This document shows positions 26,855-36,017 of a DNA stretch of 64,000 nucleotides, piece after piece. The notes beneath the pieces were generated by a model. It made no database searches. It was not told the origin of the DNA and worked only from the letters and a program-made list of their open reading frames with translations. Location of the stretch: the NCBI GenBank assembly GCA_036653035.1, contig JAVVUU010000001.1, positions 3,524 to 67,523 of the forward strand, given 5' to 3'. The stretch is from Oscillospiraceae bacterium. GTDB taxonomy: Bacteria; Bacillota; Clostridia; Oscillospirales; Oscillospiraceae. The translations under genes and the position numbers were made by a program. Numbering within the stretch: position 1 is the stretch's first letter; every line of letters begins with the position of its first letter.

Positions 26855-27759
26855 ACACAAAGATTAAGCTGTCCGGTTTAACGCTCGATAACCCCATAAT
26901 CCCCGCAAGCGGCACCTTTGGCTTCGGTGCGGAATTTGCGGAGCTTTACGACATCAACATTCTTGGCAGCTTGTCATTCAAGGGTACAACGGTGGAGGAG
27001 CGCTTTGGAAACCCCACACCGCGCATAGCCGAGTGTGAGGGCGGAATGATAAATTCCGTTGGTCTGCAAAATCCCGGACTGCAAGCCGTTATTGAGCGCG
27101 AGCTTCCAAGGCTTGCGCAGGTATACAAAAAACCCGTAATCGCAAATATAAGCGGCTTTTCATTGGCCGAATATGTTGAATGTGCTATTGCGATGGACAA
27201 GCAGGAGCAGGTTGGCATAATTGAAGTCAATGTAAGCTGCCCGAATGTTCACGGCGGCGGCATGAGCTTTGGCGTTTTGCCGGAAGCCGCGGCGGAGGTA
27301 ACCCGCGCTGTGAAAGCCGTCACATCAAAGCCCGTTTATATCAAGCTCAGCCCAAATGTGACCGACATCGCGGAAATTGCCCGCGCCTGTGAAAATGCGG
27401 GAGCGGACGGAATTTCCCTAATCAACACGCTTCTTGCCATGCGGATAGACCTCAAAACCCGCCGCCCAATTCTTGCAAACAAAATGGGCGGACTTTCGGG
27501 AAACGCAATTTTCCCCATAGCACTGCGTATGGTTTATCAGGTTTATGAGGCTGTCAAAATTCCCATAATCGGCATGGGGGGAGTTTCATGCGCCGAGGAT
27601 GTCATTGAAATGCTGCTCGCGGGAGCAACAGCGGTTCAAATAGGCGCGGCAAATCTTAAAAATCCATTTGCCTGCAAGGAAATTATTGAAGCTCTGCCAC
27701 AGGCCATGGAAAAATACGGAATAGACGATTTATCAAAAATAATAGGGGAGGCGCACTGA
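26848..27759 (+). CDS. pyrD: dihydroorotate dehydrogenase B catalytic subunit
   Basis: Start taken at ATG 26848 (MVNTKIKLSG), within an ATGGTAA overlap with the pyrK stop; the tracked 26749 start is an extension. ASGTFGFG, NSVGLQNPG, EVNVSCPNV. Confidence 0.95.
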   Translation: MVNTKIKLSGLTLDNPIIPASGTFGFGAEFAELYDINILGSLSFKGTTVEERFGNPTPRIAECEGGMINSVGLQNPGLQAVIERELPRLAQVYKKPVIANISGFSLAEYVECAIAMDKQEQVGIIEVNVSCPNVHGGGMSFGVLPEAAAEVTRAVKAVTSKPVYIKLSPNVTDIAEIARACENAGADGISLINTLLAMRIDLKTRRPILANKMGGLSGNAIFPIALRMVYQVYEAVKIPIIGMGGVSCAEDVIEMLLAGATAVQIGAANLKNPFACKEIIEALPQAMEKYGIDDLSKIIGEAH

Positions 27760-28457
27760 TGGCAAAGGATGTAATCATAGCCTGCGACTTTAACAGCAAG
27801 GCGGAGGTCTTGGGGTTTTTGGACAAATTCACCGACCAAAAGCCCTTTGTGAAAATTGGAATGGAGCTTTTCTATGCGGAAGGCCCCGATATAGTTCGCG
27901 AAATCAAGGCACGGGGACACAAAATTTTTCTTGACCTAAAGCTTCACGATATTCCAAACACGGTTAAAAAATCCATGGCGGTTTTGTCCTCGCTCAATGT
28001 GGATATGTGCAATGTCCACGCGGCGGGAACATCCGCAATGATGAGCGCCGCTTTGGAGGGATTGACCCGTTCGGACGGAACCCGTCCGCTGCTCATTGCC
28101 GTGACACAGCTTACCTCCACCGATGAGGAGCGTATGCAAAAGGAACTGCTCATTTCAAGTCCGCTCGACGAAACCGTTCTGCACTACGCCGAGAACACCA
28201 AGCTTGCGGGGCTTGACGGCGTTGTCTGTTCCCCCTTGGAGGCAAAAAAGGTTAAAAACCGCTGTGGGGAGGCTTTCCTAACGATCACCCCCGGAATTCG
28301 CTTTGCGGAGGGCAGTGCAGATGATCAGATTAGAATTACAACTCCCGCCAAGGCGCGCGAGCTTTTAAGCGACTACATTGTTGTCGGCAGGCCGATTACC
28401 CAAAGCAGCGACCCTGTTTCGGCATACAAACGCGCACTTGCCGAGTTTTTAGGATAA
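27759..28457 (+). CDS. pyrF: orotidine 5'-phosphate decarboxylase
   Basis: IIACDF, FLDLKLHDIPNTV and VVGRPIT. Its ATG overlaps the pyrD stop (TGATG). Confidence 0.95.
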   Translation: MAKDVIIACDFNSKAEVLGFLDKFTDQKPFVKIGMELFYAEGPDIVREIKARGHKIFLDLKLHDIPNTVKKSMAVLSSLNVDMCNVHAAGTSAMMSAALEGLTRSDGTRPLLIAVTQLTSTDEERMQKELLISSPLDETVLHYAENTKLAGLDGVVCSPLEAKKVKNRCGEAFLTITPGIRFAEGSADDQIRITTPAKARELLSDYIVVGRPITQSSDPVSAYKRALAEFLG

Positions 28458-28504
28458 AAAGAATACGCACGCAAACAAGCTCAATTTGTGAAAGGATTTG
28501 ACAC

Positions 28505-29149
28505 ATGACAGATAAAATAATTGCAAAACATCTGCTCTCCATTGGCGCGGTCATAATAAGACCGGAGGAGCCATTTACATGGGCGAGCGGAATTAAGAGT
28601 CCCGTATATTGCGACAACCGCTTAACGCTAACCGCCCCCGCTGTACGGACTGACATTGAAAACGCACTTGCAAACACGGTTCGCGAAAAGTTTCCCAGCT
28701 GTGAGGTGCTTATGGGCACGAGCACAGCGGGCATTGCCCACGCCGCGATTACGGGGCACATCATGGGTCTGCCCATGGGCTATGTTCGTTCCGGCGCAAA
28801 GGATCACGGCCGTCAAAACCAAATTGAGGGCAAGCTTGAGCGCGGCAGCAAGGTTGTTGTTGTGGAGGATTTAATTTCAACGGGCGGAAGCGTAATTGAG
28901 GTTGTTGAGGTTCTTCGCAATGCGGGCGCGGAGGTTTTGGGTGTTGTCAGCATCTTCACCTACAACATGAAAAAAGGTCTTGAACGTCTGAAAGCCGCAG
29001 ACGTTACAAATTACAGCTTGACAAATCTTGACGTAATAGCAAAGGTAGCGGCCGATGAGGGCGTTATTGCGGAAAGTGACATTCAGCGTGTTTTGAATTT
29101 CCGCGACAATCCCTCGGATGAAAGCTGGATAAACGGAGGTGCAAAATGA
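28505..29149 (+). CDS. pyrE: orotate phosphoribosyltransferase
   Basis: [12 protein letters not shown] and the PRPP motif [13 protein letters not shown]. Confidence 0.95.
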   Translation: MTDKIIAKHLLSIGAVIIRPEEPFTWASGIKSPVYCDNRLTLTAPAVRTDIENALANTVREKFPSCEVLMGTSTAGIAHAAITGHIMGLPMGYVRSGAKDHGRQNQIEGKLERGSKVVVVEDLISTGGSVIEVVEVLRNAGAEVLGVVSIFTYNMKKGLERLKAADVTNYSLTNLDVIAKVAADEGVIAESDIQRVLNFRDNPSDESWINGGAK

Positions 29150-30057
29150 AAGACTTAATCAGCATCACAGACCTTAGCACCGACGAGCTGCAAGAGCTTG
29201 TCAACACAGCGCTGGACATTATCGACAACCCCGATAAATACTGCGAAAAGTGCAAGCGAAAAAAACTCGCAACACTCTTTTTCGAGCCTTCAACCCGCAC
29301 TCGCCTGAGCTTTGAGGCGGCAATGCTGGAGCTTGGCGGAAGCGTTTTGGGATTTTCCGAAGCGACAAGCTCCTCTGCCGCAAAGGGCGAAAGCGTTGCG
29401 GACACGGCCCGCACAATAAGCTGCTATGCGGACATCATTGCAATGCGTCACCCCAAGGAGGGCGCACCGCTGGTTGCCGCCCGTGCCGCAACAATCCCCG
29501 TTATCAATGCCGGTGACGGCGGCCACAACCACCCCACCCAAACACTTACAGACCTGCTCACAATTTTCCGTGAAAAGGGCAGATTTTCAAACCTCAAAAT
29601 CGGATTTTGCGGCGACTTGAAATTCGGACGCACAGTTCATTCGCTAATTCAGGCGATGTCACGCTATGACAACAACAGCTTTGTTCTCATCTCTCCCGAC
29701 GAGCTTCGTCTGCCAAGCTACATAAAGAGCGATATTTTGGAAAAGAACGGACTTTCCTATGTTGAAACAAACAATTGGGACGATATGCCCGAGCTTGACA
29801 TACTCTACATGACCCGCGTTCAGCGCGAGCGCTTTTTCAACGAAGCGGACTACCTCCGTCTGCGCGACGTTTTCATTCTTACAACCGACAAGCTGACAAA
29901 CGCGAAAGAGGATTTGTGCATCATGCACCCGCTGCCGCGTGTCAACGAAATCGAACGCGCTGTGGATGACGACAAGCGTGCCTGCTACTTTAAGCAGGTT
30001 CTAAATGGCAAGTTTATTCGCATGGCACTCATTTTAAAGCTTTTGGAGGGCTGCTGA
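29146..30057 (+). CDS. pyrB: aspartate carbamoyltransferase catalytic subunit
   Basis: [17 protein letters not shown] and MHPLPR. Overlaps the pyrE stop by 4 nt. Confidence 0.96.
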   Translation: MKDLISITDLSTDELQELVNTALDIIDNPDKYCEKCKRKKLATLFFEPSTRTRLSFEAAMLELGGSVLGFSEATSSSAAKGESVADTARTISCYADIIAMRHPKEGAPLVAARAATIPVINAGDGGHNHPTQTLTDLLTIFREKGRFSNLKIGFCGDLKFGRTVHSLIQAMSRYDNNSFVLISPDELRLPSYIKSDILEKNGLSYVETNNWDDMPELDILYMTRVQRERFFNEADYLRLRDVFILTTDKLTNAKEDLCIMHPLPRVNEIERAVDDDKRACYFKQVLNGKFIRMALILKLLEGC

Positions 30058-30058
30058 T

Positions 30059-30478
30059 ATGACAATAGACTCAATAAAAAACGGCATAGTGCTTGACCAC
30101 ATTCAGGCGGGGAAAAGCATGGAAATCTACCACATATTGGAGCTTTCAAAGCTCGATTGCGCGGTTGCCATCATCAAAAACGCCGCAGGAAAAGCAGGTG
30201 TTCGCAAGGACATAATCAAAATTGACTCCGTTATTGACATTAACCTTGACGTTTTGGGCTACATTGACCCCGGTATCACCGTCAACATCGTTAAAGACGG
30301 AAAAATTGTTGAAAAGAGCCATCTTGCACTCCCCGAGCGCGTTACGGGCGTAATAAAGTGCAAAAACCCACGTTGCATCACCTCAACAGAGCAGGAGCTT
30401 CCGCACGTTTTCCAGCTTGTGGACAGGGACACGGGGCTTTACCGCTGTGTATATTGCGAAACCAAAGCCGAAAGATAA
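30059..30478 (+). CDS. pyrI: aspartate carbamoyltransferase regulatory subunit
   Basis: GIVLDHI N-terminus and the zinc domain CKNPRC...YRCVYCE. Confidence 0.93.
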   Translation: MTIDSIKNGIVLDHIQAGKSMEIYHILELSKLDCAVAIIKNAAGKAGVRKDIIKIDSVIDINLDVLGYIDPGITVNIVKDGKIVEKSHLALPERVTGVIKCKNPRCITSTEQELPHVFQLVDRDTGLYRCVYCETKAER

Positions 30479-30491
30479 AATGGCATTTGCC

Positions 30492-30531
30492 AAAAAGCAG
30501 GAGCATCGCCGTTGACGATACTCCTGCTTTT
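30492..30531. terminator. bidirectional intrinsic terminator between pyrI and the convergent GH13 gene
   Basis: aaaaagcaggag ... ctcctgctttt stem flanked by A-run and T-run. Confidence 0.75.
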
Positions 30532-30552
30532 ATATTTATTGGCACCAAAAGC

Positions 30553-32397
30553 CTAGGCAAGCTCTATTACGGCACAGCCGAAAGAATTTATTGTGGCTTC
30601 AGCGTTATGGATAGTGACATTTTCCTGTATAATTATACGGTCAGCGGTTTCGATTTTAACTTGAACGGCTTCGGTGCCGAGATTTATTACAATCAGCACG
30701 CGAGTGTTGGCTTTTTTTCGCATAAAGCTGAAAGCTCCATTTTCGGCGCTTAGTGTTTTGTATTCGCCGCCGGCAAAGGCGGGGCAGGAGCGGCGGGCGT
30801 TTAGAACCTTTGTGTACCACGACAAAAGCTCCTTGTCCTCGTTCTCCCAAGGGTAGCAGCGGCGGTTGAATGGATCCTCATAGCCCTCCAAGCCGACTTC
30901 GTCGCCGTAATAGATGCAGGGAACGCCGGGAAGCGTGCATTGCAAAACGGCGGCAAGGCGCAAAAGTGATTTTGCGTTTTCACGTTCGTCGGGTGGTAGT
31001 GAGGCGGCGGCGCGCTCATCGCGTGTGCTGTAGCTTTTACCGCCCAAAACGGTCAAAATTCTTGCCGTGTCGTGTGTGCCGAGAACATTCATCAAGCAAT
31101 CCAGCGCGGGTTTTGGGTAATTTTCACAAATACTTTCAACCGTTTCACACAAAAATGCGGAGCTGCGTGTGCGCATATAATCAATTATCGCGTCCTTAAA
31201 GGGATAGTTCATTACGCTGTCAAGCTCTGCACCCTCAAAATAATGGCGGCGTTCACCATATGAAATTTTGTTGGACGCATCCTCCCAAACCTCGCCTATT
31301 ATCAGTGCTTCGGGGTTTTCGAGCTTGACCGTTTCGCGCAGCTCGCGTAAAAATGTTTCAGGGAGTTCATCCGCAACGTCAAGCCGCCAGCCAAAAGCGC
31401 CCGCCCGCATCCACTTTTTTAAAACGCCGTTTTCACCGAAAATGAAGCGGCGCAAGCCCTCGTTTGTTTCACAAAGCTGAGGGAGCGTTTTAATTCCCCA
31501 CCACGCCGCATATTCGTTCGGCCAGTTCGAAAAGCTGTACCATGAATAGTAGGGCGAAGCCTTGTCGCGATATGCTCCGCCTGTGCCATATTTGCCGTTT
31601 CGATTGAAATATACCGATTTGTCGCCGGTGTGGTTGAAAACGCCGTCGCAAATGACGCGAATTTCCAGAGCCTTTGCTTCCTCGCATAGCCGAGAAAAGA
31701 TTGTTTCGTCGCCAAAGGCGGGGTCAATTTTCATGTAGTCCGCCGTGTCGTATTTGTGGTTTGAGGCGGCTTCAAAAATGGGACTTAGATAGATGCAGGA
31801 AATGCCAAGGCTTTTGAGGTAGGGGAGCTTTTCGATTACGCCGTCAAGGTCGCCTCCAAAAAAATCGCTGTTTGTTATTTCACCCTCGGCATTTGGCTTG
31901 TAAACAGGAGCTGCGCCCCAATCGCTTCGCAAAATGCCGCCATCGCAAACAGGGTGATTGCCCGCCTTGCAAAATCGGTCAACAAATATATGATAAAATG
32001 CCCCTCCCATTATCCATTCGGGTGTGGTATAATCGGTATCATAAACGGTTTGCTGCCAGCTTCGCGGTGAACCTTCGCAAAGCTCTGCGCCGCCTTCGGA
32101 TTTTTCTATGAACATCTCAACATCATCGGAAACAGCCTTGAAATAATATCCGAAAAGCCCCGTGCTTTCAAAGCAAGCTTCACCCTCAAAGCGGGAAAAT
32201 CCCTTTTCTGTCCATACAAGCTCAAGCGGATTTTCGTTTGTAATCCCGTCCGCTTCACAAACCGTAATAAGCAAAACCTTTGTTAACGCAAGCTCGCTAT
32301 CGGCGCGAAGTCCGAATTTTACACGGCACCCCGCCTTAACAGCGCCAAACGGCAGCTTGTCAAGCTCACTGCGTGAATTGAAAAATATTTTGCTCAT
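30553..32397 (-). CDS. glycoside hydrolase family 13 enzyme (neopullulanase/cyclomaltodextrinase-like, cytoplasmic)
   Basis: DGVFNH, GWRLDVADE, IGEVWE and LGTHD catalytic regions. No signal peptide. Start taken at ATG 32397, 5 nt after GGAGG; the tracked 32493 start is an extension. Confidence 0.9.
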   Translation of the reverse strand: MSKIFFNSRSELDKLPFGAVKAGCRVKFGLRADSELALTKVLLITVCEADGITNENPLELVWTEKGFSRFEGEACFESTGLFGYYFKAVSDDVEMFIEKSEGGAELCEGSPRSWQQTVYDTDYTTPEWIMGGAFYHIFVDRFCKAGNHPVCDGGILRSDWGAAPVYKPNAEGEITNSDFFGGDLDGVIEKLPYLKSLGISCIYLSPIFEAASNHKYDTADYMKIDPAFGDETIFSRLCEEAKALEIRVICDGVFNHTGDKSVYFNRNGKYGTGGAYRDKASPYYSWYSFSNWPNEYAAWWGIKTLPQLCETNEGLRRFIFGENGVLKKWMRAGAFGWRLDVADELPETFLRELRETVKLENPEALIIGEVWEDASNKISYGERRHYFEGAELDSVMNYPFKDAIIDYMRTRSSAFLCETVESICENYPKPALDCLMNVLGTHDTARILTVLGGKSYSTRDERAAASLPPDERENAKSLLRLAAVLQCTLPGVPCIYYGDEVGLEGYEDPFNRRCYPWENEDKELLSWYTKVLNARRSCPAFAGGEYKTLSAENGAFSFMRKKANTRVLIVINLGTEAVQVKIETADRIIIQENVTIHNAEATINSFGCAVIELA

Positions 32398-32566
32398 AGC
32401 TACCTCCATGCGGGTTATCGGTTTACCCATCTCTTTAGTATAAATTATCGCCGCTGCTTTTACAAGCGATAAGGCGCGGTTTTCCTTGCTCACGGCTGCA
32501 AGAATTTTGTTTATTCAGCATATTGACAGCAATTAGCCGATTATAACCGAAAAGGCAGGTATTTAC

Positions 32567-33217
32567 ATGACCAATGAAGAAATCTTAAAGCTCTGCGACC
32601 ACTCCGTACTCAGTCCCACGGCGGGCTTCGATGAAATTGAAAAGAACTGCGCTCTCGCTATAAAATATAATTGCGCAACCTTTTGCATCGCCCCCTGCCA
32701 TGTTGCGGCTGTAAAAAAGCTCTGCGGCAATAAGCTTAAAATTTGCACGGTAATCGGTTTTCCGAATGGCTACAACGATACGGCAACAAAGGCTTTTGAA
32801 GCATCGCACATGATAGACTGCGGCGCGGACGAAATTGACGTTGTCATCAACCTCGCGTGGGCCTGTGCCGAAAATTATGAAGCGGTTGAAAATGAACTGA
32901 AACAGCTTCGCAGGGCAACGGATGGGAAAATATTAAAGGTAATTGTTGAAGCCTGCCGCCTGCCGGAGCACGTTTTGCGTAAGCTTTGCCCAATAGTTTC
33001 AAGCGTCGGCGCGGACTTTATCAAAACCTCCACAGGCTTTGGCGAATATGGCGCAAGAGAACAGGATGTGCGGTTAATGCGCGAGCTTTGCGCCCCGAAA
33101 ACAAAAATAAAAGCCGCCGGCGGCATAAACAGCTTTGAAGATGCGCAAAAAATGATTGATGCAGGCGCCGACAGAATTGGAACCAGCAGACTGGTTAAAC
33201 TGATGTTGGAATATTAA
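32567..33217 (+). CDS. deoC: deoxyribose-phosphate aldolase
   Basis: CDHSVLSP, EIDVVIN, LKVIVEA and FIKTSTGF (Schiff-base lysine region). Confidence 0.93.
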   Translation: MTNEEILKLCDHSVLSPTAGFDEIEKNCALAIKYNCATFCIAPCHVAAVKKLCGNKLKICTVIGFPNGYNDTATKAFEASHMIDCGADEIDVVINLAWACAENYEAVENELKQLRRATDGKILKVIVEACRLPEHVLRKLCPIVSSVGADFIKTSTGFGEYGAREQDVRLMRELCAPKTKIKAAGGINSFEDAQKMIDAGADRIGTSRLVKLMLEY

Positions 33218-33230
33218 ATTTCAAAAACAG

Positions 33231-33259
33231 TTGACAAGCTCAGATAATGCTGTTAGAAT
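33231..33259 (+). promoter_or_regulatory. predicted sigma-70-type promoter of infC-rpmI-rplT
   Basis: TTGACA, 17-nt spacer, TAGAAT. Confidence 0.65.
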
Positions 33260-33449
33260 AAGCAAGTTAGAATGAAGTAGGTTCGGTTGGTATCCGTCCT
33301 CACCCTGCCATAAAATTGTGCATGGGTCAATAAAGCCTTTTTCTGCCCTATGGGCAGTATTGTGTTTTTTTGTCGCGGATGCCTTTGCATCCGCGTTTGC
33401 TTTTCCCGGGGAATATTCCCCACCGATTAACGCTTGGAGGTGTTTTAAT
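33260..33449 (+). ncRNA. structured 5' leader of infC, candidate ribosomal-protein L20 leader / attenuator
   Basis: About 190 nt of untranslated leader with two hairpins followed by T-runs: ctgccc-tat-gggcag + tattgtgttttttt, and gcggatgc-cttt-gcatccgc + gtttgctttt. A third hairpin, ggggaatattcccc, follows. The position matches the Firmicutes L20-leader arrangement, but the covariance model was not run. Confidence 0.45.
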
Positions 33450-33980
33450 ATCGCAAACATGGCTCATCAGATCAATGAGGATATCCTCGACAAAGAAGTG
33501 CGACTAATCAGCGATACGGGCGATCAGTTGGGCATTATGTCCGTTCAGGCTGCAATGGATATCGCCATTGGAAAAGATCTCGACTTAGTAAAAATCGCTC
33601 CCGGCTCCGTGCCACCCGTCTGCAAAATAATGGACTACGGAAAGTTCCGTTTTGAGCAGGCCAAAAAGGACAAGGAAGCAAAGAAAAATCAACACATCGT
33701 CGAGATTAAAGAAATTCGTATGTCGCCGAGTATCGGCGAAAACGACTTTAACGTAAAGCTGAGAAACGCACAAAAGTTCCTTGGCGATGGGGACCGCGTC
33801 AAGGTCACCGTTCGGTTTAGAGGCAGAGAAATGGCTCACACAAATTTGGGTGATGTCCTACTCAGAAAATTTGCCGAAGAATGCACCGAAATCGCAACTC
33901 TTGATAAGGAACCCAAGCTCGAGGGCCGTAACATGGCCATGTTTCTTTCCCCAAGAGTTTCACCACCAAACAACAAATAA
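33450..33980 (+). CDS. infC: translation initiation factor IF-3
   Basis: INEDILDKEVRLISDTGDQLGI...PPVCKIMDYGKFRFEQAKK. An in-frame ATC at 33450 lies 9 nt after GGAGG, whereas the first ATG (33459) lies 18 nt after it. A non-AUG start is the rule for infC. The alternative start is 33459. Confidence 0.9.
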   Translation: MANMAHQINEDILDKEVRLISDTGDQLGIMSVQAAMDIAIGKDLDLVKIAPGSVPPVCKIMDYGKFRFEQAKKDKEAKKNQHIVEIKEIRMSPSIGENDFNVKLRNAQKFLGDGDRVKVTVRFRGREMAHTNLGDVLLRKFAEECTEIATLDKEPKLEGRNMAMFLSPRVSPPNNK

Positions 33981-34016
33981 TCAATTTCAGCACCCACTAG
34001 GAAGGAGAAAACCGAT

Positions 34017-34220
34017 ATGCCTAAGCTCAAAACGCACACCGGAGCAAAAAAGAGATTTAACCTCACAAAGTCCGGCAAGGTTAAGCGTGCACACGCAAAC
34101 AAATCCCATCTTTTGAATGGACACGGAAAGTCCACCAAGCGCAAAAGAGGCCTCCGTCAGGGCACTTATGCCGATGCAACAAACGAATCTGCGATCAAGC
34201 GCATGATTCCCTACAAATAA
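34017..34220 (+). CDS. rpmI: 50S ribosomal protein L35
   Basis: [24 protein letters not shown]. Confidence 0.97.
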   Translation: MPKLKTHTGAKKRFNLTKSGKVKRAHANKSHLLNGHGKSTKRKRGLRQGTYADATNESAIKRMIPYK

Positions 34221-34235
34221 GGAGGATCTTTAAAA

Positions 34236-34595
34236 ATGGCCAGAATTAAAGGCGCGATGATGACGCGCAAGAGAAGAAATAAAATCCTTGGCATGGCTAA
34301 GGGTTATTGGGGCTCCAAATCCACCCATTACAAAATGGCAAATCAGGCTGTTATGAAGTCCCTTACCTACGCTTATGTTGGACGTAAGCGCAAAAAAAGA
34401 GATTTCCGTCAGCTTTGGATTACCCGTATCAGCGCGGCCTGCAAAATGAACGGCATGAACTACTCAACCTTCATGCACGGCCTCAAGCTTGCGGGTATCG
34501 ATATGAACCGTAAAATGCTCTCCGAAACCGCAATCCACGAGCCGGAAGCTTTTACAGCCCTAACAGAACAGGCAAAGACCGCTCTTAAAGCTTAA
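34236..34595 (+). CDS. rplT: 50S ribosomal protein L20
   Basis: [28 protein letters not shown]...[12 protein letters not shown]. Confidence 0.97.
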   Translation: MARIKGAMMTRKRRNKILGMAKGYWGSKSTHYKMANQAVMKSLTYAYVGRKRKKRDFRQLWITRISAACKMNGMNYSTFMHGLKLAGIDMNRKMLSETAIHEPEAFTALTEQAKTALKA

Positions 34596-34632
34596 ATGCT
34601 GTTTGGAAGCTATCTTTTTGCAATATCTGCTT

Positions 34633-34670
34633 AAAGCGGACAGTGTTTTTACGCTGTCCGCTTTAATTTT
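34633..34670 (+). terminator. intrinsic terminator after rplT
   Basis: aaagcggacag / ctgtccgcttt stem followed by aatttt. Confidence 0.8.
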
Positions 34671-34732
34671 ATTATAAAGCACAAATTCTATTTTCCGCCG
34701 ATTTTGACCGGCGAAACAACCGAGGTGTCAAA

Positions 34733-35308
34733 ATGAAAGAGCTTACAGTGGCGGAACTGCAAACCGCCGTTAAATCCCTAAAGGCAGGGGAGCGCGTTTT
34801 GCTCTCAGGAACCGTTTACACAGCGCGCGATGCCGCGCACAAGCGCATTTTTGAACTTTTGGATGCAGGAGCGGAGCTGCCCTTTGAGCTTCCCGGCGCA
34901 CTCATCTACTACACAGGGCCGACACCCGCACACGACGGCAAGCCCGTTGGCTCCTGCGGACCAACAACCTCCATGCGCATGGACAAATTCACCCCGCGCC
35001 TGCTTAGCTTGGGTCTTGTCGGCATAATCGGCAAGGGCGAGAGGGGAGAGGCCGTCTGCGAAGCTCTTGTCAAAAATAATGCGGTTTATTTTTGTGCCAT
35101 CGGCGGCGCGGGCGCACTAATGGCGAGTCATGTTGTTTCGGCGGAGGAAATTGCCTTTAAAGAGCTTGGCTGTGAATCCGTTAAGCGGCTTGTCGTTGAA
35201 AAGCTCCCGCTTATGGTCGGAATTGACTGCTGCGGCGGCAATATTTTTAAGGACGAAAAGCCGAAATATGCAGATTATATCAAAGGGAGCCACCATGAAA
35301 ACAAGTAA
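34733..35308 (+). CDS. class-I Fe-S hydro-lyase beta subunit-like protein (fumarate hydratase / tartrate dehydratase beta type)
   Basis: LSGTVYTARDAAHKRI and GSCGPTTSMRMD...GLVGIIGKGERG, characteristic of the FumA C-terminal / TtdB family. 191 aa. Confidence 0.85.
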   Translation: MKELTVAELQTAVKSLKAGERVLLSGTVYTARDAAHKRIFELLDAGAELPFELPGALIYYTGPTPAHDGKPVGSCGPTTSMRMDKFTPRLLSLGLVGIIGKGERGEAVCEALVKNNAVYFCAIGGAGALMASHVVSAEEIAFKELGCESVKRLVVEKLPLMVGIDCCGGNIFKDEKPKYADYIKGSHHENK

Positions 35309-35957
35309 ATTAAGCACTATTTGCGTTGGCACTTTGTTGGGAATACTGGCGCTCGTTTTTTCAACGGCTTTTGGACTCGGTATAATTCATATAAGCGGCT
35401 TCCCGTTTTCTGCGGACATTAACGCTCTCAACATTTCCGAAGCTTCCGGACTGCCAAAGGAAGAAATTTTGGCAAATTACAATGCCGTCATGGAATACCT
35501 CAAACCGCTGAACAATGCAGATTTTGACCTGCCAACACTTAAATTCACCGAGCAGGGCGCGAAACATTTTGAAGATTGCAGAGTGCTGTTTAATACAATA
35601 TATCTTTTAGGGGCTATTTCGGGGTTTGCTTTTTTGGGCATTGTTATTTTACACAGACATCGGATTTCGGCATTGCGGCTAAAAATTGCAAGCGCCGTCA
35701 CGCTGGCAATTCCCGTCATTTTGGGCGGGGCTATGCTGATAAGCTTTGACCGCGTGTTTCTTTGGTTTCACTCCATCCTTTTTGAAGGCGGCACTTGGGT
35801 TTTTGACCCCGCGAGGGACGAAATTATTAACATTCTGCCCGCAGAATTTTTCATGCACTGCGGCCTTTTCATCGCGGCATTTTGGCTTCTTGCGGCCATT
35901 GCCCTCGGCGCTGCGGGATATATCCGTGGAAAATCCGAAGATCTGAATTTCCAATAA
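35295..35957 (+). CDS. DUF1461 / TIGR01906-family integral membrane protein (Lit, lipoprotein intramolecular transacylase, family-like)
   Basis: Start at ATG 35295 after AAGGGAG, overlapping the upstream stop by 14 nt; the tracked 35130 start is an extension. Four TM helices and the family-typical FTEQGAKHFEDCRVLF and FLWFHSILFEGGTWVFDPARDEIINILPAEFF. Confidence 0.7.
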   Translation: MKTSKLSTICVGTLLGILALVFSTAFGLGIIHISGFPFSADINALNISEASGLPKEEILANYNAVMEYLKPLNNADFDLPTLKFTEQGAKHFEDCRVLFNTIYLLGAISGFAFLGIVILHRHRISALRLKIASAVTLAIPVILGGAMLISFDRVFLWFHSILFEGGTWVFDPARDEIINILPAEFFMHCGLFIAAFWLLAAIALGAAGYIRGKSEDLNFQ

Positions 35958-36017
35958 TCGGGAACAAATCGGCAAAATTAACATCTAACATATTAGGTCA
36001 CACGAAAGGGGCAGGGT

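Noticed and set aside
32398-32566. TTATCGC-N14-GCGATAA inverted repeat and a possible deoC promoter in the GH13/deoC divergent region
   Set aside because: The arms are short, the spacer is long, the TTGACA-like hexamer has no well-spaced -10, and there is no match to LacI/MalR or DeoR boxes I can verify.
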